From assembly GCA_003660975.1 (NCBI GenBank), contig QMVG01000004.1:1-64000 (forward strand): a stretch of 64,000 bases of DNA. Direction: 5' to 3'. This document shows positions 59,238 through 64,000 of the stretch, piece by piece. Every line of letters starts with the position of its first letter. Position 1 is the stretch's first letter. Both the position numbers and the translations under genes were made by a program. The notes beneath the pieces are model-generated. The model did no database searches. It saw nothing but the letters and a program-made list of their open reading frames with translations, and was not told the origin of the DNA. The DNA comes from Candidatus Micrarchaeota archaeon (GTDB lineage: Archaea > B1Sed10-29 > B47-G15).

Positions 59238-60336
59238 ATTGCAGAACCCAAAGTAATAGGTCAAGGAATGCAACTGACTAAACAAAGTTTCGCTAAACTA
59301 GAAGAACAGGCCAATTGCAGAACCCAAAGTAATAGGTCAAGGAATGCAACTCAATATCAGACGCTTTATTCACTCTAGGAGCTACCCTTATTGCAGAACC
59401 CAAAGTAATAGGTCAAGGAATGCAACATTATATTTATTGTTATGTTATCATATCTCCCAAACAAAAGTATTGCAGAACCCAAAGTAATAGGTCAAGGAAT
59501 GCAACTAGGTGTTGTTAAGCGACACGGTTAGAAGGTAATCTTGATTATTGCAGAACCCAAAGTAATAGGTCAAGGAATGCAACTCGGCCTTTTTCCAGCC
59601 AAGGGCTTTTACTATTGCCCTATTGCAGAACCCAAAGTAATAGGTCAAGGAATGCAACCAAGCGAAAAGTATTTATATAACATAGGTTTGTTTCATTGCA
59701 GAACCCAAAGTAATAGGTCAAGGAATGCAACTATTCTTCCAAATTCAACACCTCCAAAATATTTATAATTGCAGAACCCAAAGTAATAGGTCAAGGAATG
59801 CAACTTGACAGCCAAGCTAGAAAGTTGTTAAACAGCTTTAATTGCAGAACCCAAAGTAATAGGTCAAGGAATGCAACTATGTTAAAATCGCTATCGGGCG
59901 TGGAAGGGGGTAGCGAATTGCAGAACCCAAAGTAATAGGTCAAGGAATGCAACCATAGTATCCCTGCGTTTGCTCTGCAACCGCAGGTTGTCTATTGCAG
60001 AACCCAAAGTAATAGGTCAAGGAATGCAACTCTGGATATCTGGTCCCTCCACGAAACCATCACCATCATTGCAGAACCCAAAGTAATAGGTCAAGGAATG
60101 CAACCACCTTTTGGTATAGCCCAGAAGCATCAAAAACATGTGAAAAATTGCAGAACCCAAAGTAATAGGTCAAGGAATGCAACTCTTTTTAGCTTTTCTC
60201 GGCAGTTTATACCACATATCCTTATTGCAGAACCCAAAGTAATAGGTCAAGGAATGCAACGGTAATGTCAGCCCATCTGACGCAACGGCATTTGAGACAA
60301 TTGCAGAACCCAAAGTAATAGGTCAAGGAATGCATG
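59238..60336 (+). CRISPR. CRISPR array: 15 repeats of 37 nt, 14 spacers of 36-42 nt
   Basis: Repeat ATTGCAGAACCCAAAGTAATAGGTCAAGGAATGCAAC; last copy ends TG instead of AC, so the leader is probably on the tracrRNA side. Confidence 0.99.
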
Positions 60337-60378
60337 AGAACCACATAATTTTTAAATTGCAGGTACTTATCATTTTTT

Positions 60379-61368
60379 ATGATTTTAGTGATAAACGATT
60401 TTTCAACATTCCTGGGGAAGAAAGGGGACCGTTTTGTAATTAAAAAGGAAAATAAGCGTGAAGAATTTTCTACAAATAACGTTGAACAAATCATAATTGC
60501 TGCAGTCTCATCTATCTCCTATGGAGCTATTCGATTGGCAATTAAACACTCTATTGATGTGGTTTTTTTAAGCAGAGGAGGTACTCCTTTAGGCAGGATA
60601 TACCCCTGTAAACTCGGTGGAACAACCTTAACGAGAAAAAAACAATTAGAGGCTTATTATTCAACAGTTGGTACAAACATCGTAAAAAATCTCGTTAAAG
60701 CAAAGATTATGAACCAAGCCTATTTTTTGAAGTCTTTAGAAAAAACAAGAAAAGATATTAATTTCACTTCTGAAATTAACAGCATTGTTAATATTGCTAA
60801 AAAGATTCCAGGTCTCACAGGTCTAATAGATGATATACGGGGAACTTTATTGGGATATGAAGGCATTGCAGCCAACAAATATTTTAGTTCCTTGTCTAAC
60901 ATACTACCATTTAAAGGAAGGGACAGAACAAGTAATGATTACGTAAATATTGTATTGAATTATGGATATGGTGTTCTGTACACGGAAGCAGAGAAAGCGT
61001 GTATTCTAGCAGGTCTTGATCCATATTTCGGTTTTTTGCACAAAGATAGGTACAACAAACCTTCAATGGTATTGGACCTTGTGGAAATATTTAGACCAAT
61101 CATAGTGGACAGGGCAGTTGTTACTTTGTTTTCCCAAAAACAGATAAATTCGAAGTGTTTTGAGAAAGAAACATATGGGGATGTTTTTTTAAGTAAAGAG
61201 GGTAGGGAAAAAATCTTATCTGCTCTTCTATCTCGCCTCAATCAGCAGATACGCTTTAAAGGTAAGAAAACAAGCTTTAAAAACATCATATTAGGAGAAA
61301 GCCGTTCTATAGCTCAATATGTTCTTGGTAATATACCAGAATATGAGCCGTTTGTTTATAGGTGGTAA
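60379..61368 (+). CDS. cas1: CRISPR integrase Cas1
   Basis: LLGYEGIAANKYF, LNYGYGVLY, GLDPYFGFLH, DLVEIFRP. Confidence 0.97.
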   Translation: MILVINDFSTFLGKKGDRFVIKKENKREEFSTNNVEQIIIAAVSSISYGAIRLAIKHSIDVVFLSRGGTPLGRIYPCKLGGTTLTRKKQLEAYYSTVGTNIVKNLVKAKIMNQAYFLKSLEKTRKDINFTSEINSIVNIAKKIPGLTGLIDDIRGTLLGYEGIAANKYFSSLSNILPFKGRDRTSNDYVNIVLNYGYGVLYTEAEKACILAGLDPYFGFLHKDRYNKPSMVLDLVEIFRPIIVDRAVVTLFSQKQINSKCFEKETYGDVFLSKEGREKILSALLSRLNQQIRFKGKKTSFKNIILGESRSIAQYVLGNIPEYEPFVYRW

Positions 61369-61370
61369 TT

Positions 61371-61655
61371 ATGATATATTGGGTGATTTATGACATCACA
61401 GACAATAAAGTTAGAAGCAAGGTTGCCGAGGAGTGCAAGAACTTGGGGTTACATCGAGTCCAAAAAAGTTCTTTTATTGGCATTCTCTCTAGAAATACAG
61501 CCGAGATGTTATATATTAAAATAGGGGATTTAATTGATAAAAGAGATTGTGTGTTCTTTATTCCACAATGTAACAAATGTTTTGCAGACAAACTTATTCT
61601 TGGCGATTTTGATGAAAGGACTGTAGAAGCAAAAGATTTCATCGTGGTGCAATGA
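61371..61655 (+). CDS. cas2: CRISPR-associated Cas2
   Basis: VIYDITDNKVR, RVQKSSF. Confidence 0.96.
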   Translation: MIYWVIYDITDNKVRSKVAEECKNLGLHRVQKSSFIGILSRNTAEMLYIKIGDLIDKRDCVFFIPQCNKCFADKLILGDFDERTVEAKDFIVVQ

Positions 61656-62245
61656 CAACGATGGATGGTTATTTAACTGCTAAGGATTTAATGAACTTTC
61701 ATTATTGTAAAAGATTAATATATTTTGAGAATGTATTGAAAATTAAACAAGCTACAACCACCAAAGAACTAAAAGGTCGCGCATTACACAACAGTTTTTC
61801 TGTATCATCAAAGAGAACCAAGATAATAAAGGAGTTTCCATATTGGCCTAAGATATATAATCTTAGATTAAAATCAGATTTTTTGCACCTTATAACTACA
61901 TTAGACTGCTTGATTATAAACCAAACAGATAATGAGGCATTTCCGCTGGAATACAAATATTCCAAAAAACCACGCAAGATTTATAAAACCATGAAATTGC
62001 AACTGTCTCTTCAAGCCCTTCTCGTAAATGAACTTTTACATTATAGTGTGAAGTTTGGTTTCATAAAGTTTTCCAAAGACAATTCTTTGGCCAAAGTAAG
62101 CATAACAGATAGAGATTTAGAAGAAGTGAGAACGACTATATCTGAGGTTAATACAATAGTAGAGAAGGAGATTTTACCTCCACCCACCGAATATAAAAAA
62201 AGATGTATTGACTGTTGCTATTTCAATATATGCAAAGGAATCTAA
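61652..62245 (+). CDS. cas4: CRISPR-associated Cas4
   Basis: YCKR, LDCL...PLEYK nuclease motif, C-terminal CIDCCYFNIC Fe-S cysteines. Confidence 0.94.
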   Translation: MTTMDGYLTAKDLMNFHYCKRLIYFENVLKIKQATTTKELKGRALHNSFSVSSKRTKIIKEFPYWPKIYNLRLKSDFLHLITTLDCLIINQTDNEAFPLEYKYSKKPRKIYKTMKLQLSLQALLVNELLHYSVKFGFIKFSKDNSLAKVSITDRDLEEVRTTISEVNTIVEKEILPPPTEYKKRCIDCCYFNICKGI

Positions 62246-62253
62246 ACACCCTC

Positions 62254-64000
62254 TCACTTCACAGTCACACTCTTGGCCAGGTTTCTGGGCCTGTCGGGGT
62301 CTAGGCCTTTGAGGACGGCCAGTTGGTAGGCCAGTATCTGGATTGGGATGATTTGGAGGATTGGGCCGAGCTCCTCGCTTTCAGGCGTTTTTATCCAGTA
62401 GTCAAAAATATCGTAATTTTTGTGAGAGACTCCGATGACATAGGCCCCTCTTGTTTTTACCTCATTTGCGTTTGCTATGATGTCTTTGTCATCCTTGGAA
62501 ACAAAGACAATAACAGGGCTTCCTTTTTTTATCAGAGCCAGGGGGCCATGCTTTAGCTCTCCTCCTGCAAAGGCCTCTGCGTGTATGTATGACACCTCCT
62601 TGATCTTTAGGGCAGCCTCCAGTGCTGTTGGATACTGCAGGGACCTTCCTAGCACGTATATGTGTTCCTCATTTAAGAGGCGTTTGGCTAATGCCCTGAG
62701 CCTGTCTCTCATGTTCCTAGACGTCAGGTTGTATATATCCATGTAAAGCTTTTTCAATTTTGCCATGCCCTCATCGTATCTTCCAGCGATTGTGTAGGCC
62801 AGCATTGCCATTAATGCCACCTGCGACGTGTATGTCTTGGTTGAGAGCACTGACAGTTCTGGCCCTGCGTTCATGAGAAGAGATTCGTGGCTCTCTCTTG
62901 TCAGAGATGAAGCAGCCCTGTTTACTATGCTTATAATCTTACTCTGCTTTTCCTTAGCTGCTCTGACTGCCTCCAAAACATCAGCTGTTTCGCCTGACTG
63001 TGAGATAGCGATTATCATGCTTTCTTTCTTCAGGAAGTGCTTGTAATTCTTGAACTCAGAAGCCAAGACAGGGTTAACGTGCATTTTAGCTACTTTTGAA
63101 AATAAGTAACTGCCTGTCAAGCATGCGTGGTAGCTTGAGCCGCAGCCTATCAAGAAAACACCTCTAGCCTCTTTGAGCTGTTTTGCTATCCTCTCAACAA
63201 GCTCTCTTTTTTGCTGTATGGCTCTTCTTATTGTGTCGCTCTGCTCAACAATCTCCTTTAACATGTAGTGCTCAAAGCCATCCTTTTTTATCTGCTCAGC
63301 TTTCCACTCAACGCTGTCTATTGGCCTTGAAACAAAGCCGTCCTTGAGATTGTATATCTTTATCTCTTTTCCTGCCTCAACCACATCGTAGTCATGTAGG
63401 TAAATCACCTTTTTGGTCCAGTCAATAAATGAAGGTATGTCTGATGAAAAGAAAAAGGCATCACTAGAAACCCCAACTACTAAAGGAGAGCCTTTCCTAG
63501 CTGCCATGACCTTATTGCTCTTAGCCTCTATTGCTAACACAGCATAGCTTCCTTTGAGCTTTGATATTGCCTTTATGAAAGCTTTATCAAAAGGCAAATC
63601 TTTCATTTCCTCTTCAATTAAGTGAGCTATGACCTCTGAATCTGTTTCTGATTTGAAGCTATGGCCTTTCAGTTCCTTTTTAAGCTCTTCAAAGTTTTCT
63701 ATTATGCCATTGTGCACCACTGCTATATTGCCAGAGCAGTCAAGGTGGGGGTGGGCGTTTACATCGTTTACCTTTCCGTGAGTGGCCCACCTGTTATGAG
63801 CTATGCCTATGTTGCCTTCAATGCTTGGGAAATCTACCTTTTTATTTATCTCTTCAACCTTGCCAGCCCCTTTCTTGCAGATTATCCTCCCGCTGTCAAT
63901 TACAGCCATGCCTGCAGAGTCATAGCCCCTGTACTCAAGGCTCTTTAATCCCTTTAGAAGAATGCCTGACGCACGCTCTGGTCCAATATATCCTATTATG
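62254..64000 (-). CDS. glmS: Glutamine--fructose-6-phosphate aminotransferase; start just beyond the window
   Basis: LEYRGYDSAG, HNRWATHG, SQSGETAD, PRNLAKSVTV; the frame stays open to the window edge. Confidence 0.97.
   Translation of the reverse strand, partial: IIGYIGPERASGILLKGLKSLEYRGYDSAGMAVIDSGRIICKKGAGKVEEINKKVDFPSIEGNIGIAHNRWATHGKVNDVNAHPHLDCSGNIAVVHNGIIENFEELKKELKGHSFKSETDSEVIAHLIEEEMKDLPFDKAFIKAISKLKGSYAVLAIEAKSNKVMAARKGSPLVVGVSSDAFFFSSDIPSFIDWTKKVIYLHDYDVVEAGKEIKIYNLKDGFVSRPIDSVEWKAEQIKKDGFEHYMLKEIVEQSDTIRRAIQQKRELVERIAKQLKEARGVFLIGCGSSYHACLTGSYLFSKVAKMHVNPVLASEFKNYKHFLKKESMIIAISQSGETADVLEAVRAAKEKQSKIISIVNRAASSLTRESHESLLMNAGPELSVLSTKTYTSQVALMAMLAYTIAGRYDEGMAKLKKLYMDIYNLTSRNMRDRLRALAKRLLNEEHIYVLGRSLQYPTALEAALKIKEVSYIHAEAFAGGELKHGPLALIKKGSPVIVFVSKDDKDIIANANEVKTRGAYVIGVSHKNYDIFDYWIKTPESEELGPILQIIPIQILAYQLAVLKGLDPDRPRNLAKSVTVK

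Noticed and set aside
59013-60494. ORFs 59013-59378, 59541-59768 and 60222-60494
   Set aside because: Spurious translations of the tracrRNA and CRISPR repeats
62246-62256. Tn7-like or CAST insertion at the glmS att site
   Set aside because: The position beside glmS is suggestive, but there are no tns genes, no matching ends or 5-bp duplication, and the RuvC motifs are intact

Overview
Archaeal chromosome segment whose gene content suggests a DPANN lineage, probably Micrarchaeota-like (inference). Bases 1-56 kb are mostly housekeeping: ftsZ x2, the secE-spt5-rpl11-rpl1-rpl10-rpl12 cluster, smc, fen, pyrG, mat, htpX, an Rnl3-type RNA ligase, SRP RNA and 7 tRNA genes (3 with bulge-helix-bulge introns). 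There is also a pilin/archaeosortase cluster and a 1383-aa surface protein. The standout is an AT-richer island at ~57.1-62.2 kb, between tRNA-Leu(CAA) and the glmS 3' end. It encodes a complete miniature type V-F CRISPR-Cas system: 586-aa Cas12f/Cas14-like nuclease, identifiable tracrRNA, 15-repeat array, cas1, cas2, cas4. Structure the ORF track does not explain: (i) nine 35-36-nt REP-like palindromes seen only behind tRNA 3' ends; (ii) a tandem array of tRNA-Leu 3'-end copies separated by hairpin cassettes, one recurring behind the other tRNA-Leu 56 kb away; (iii) an unassigned ~130-nt structured RNA with its own TATA box and T-tract; (iv) a box C/D motif in the tRNA-Thr intron; (v) a candidate L1 operator over the rpl1 ribosome-binding site; (vi) a 37-aa hyper-acidic peptide. 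All calls are by eye; no searches were run.
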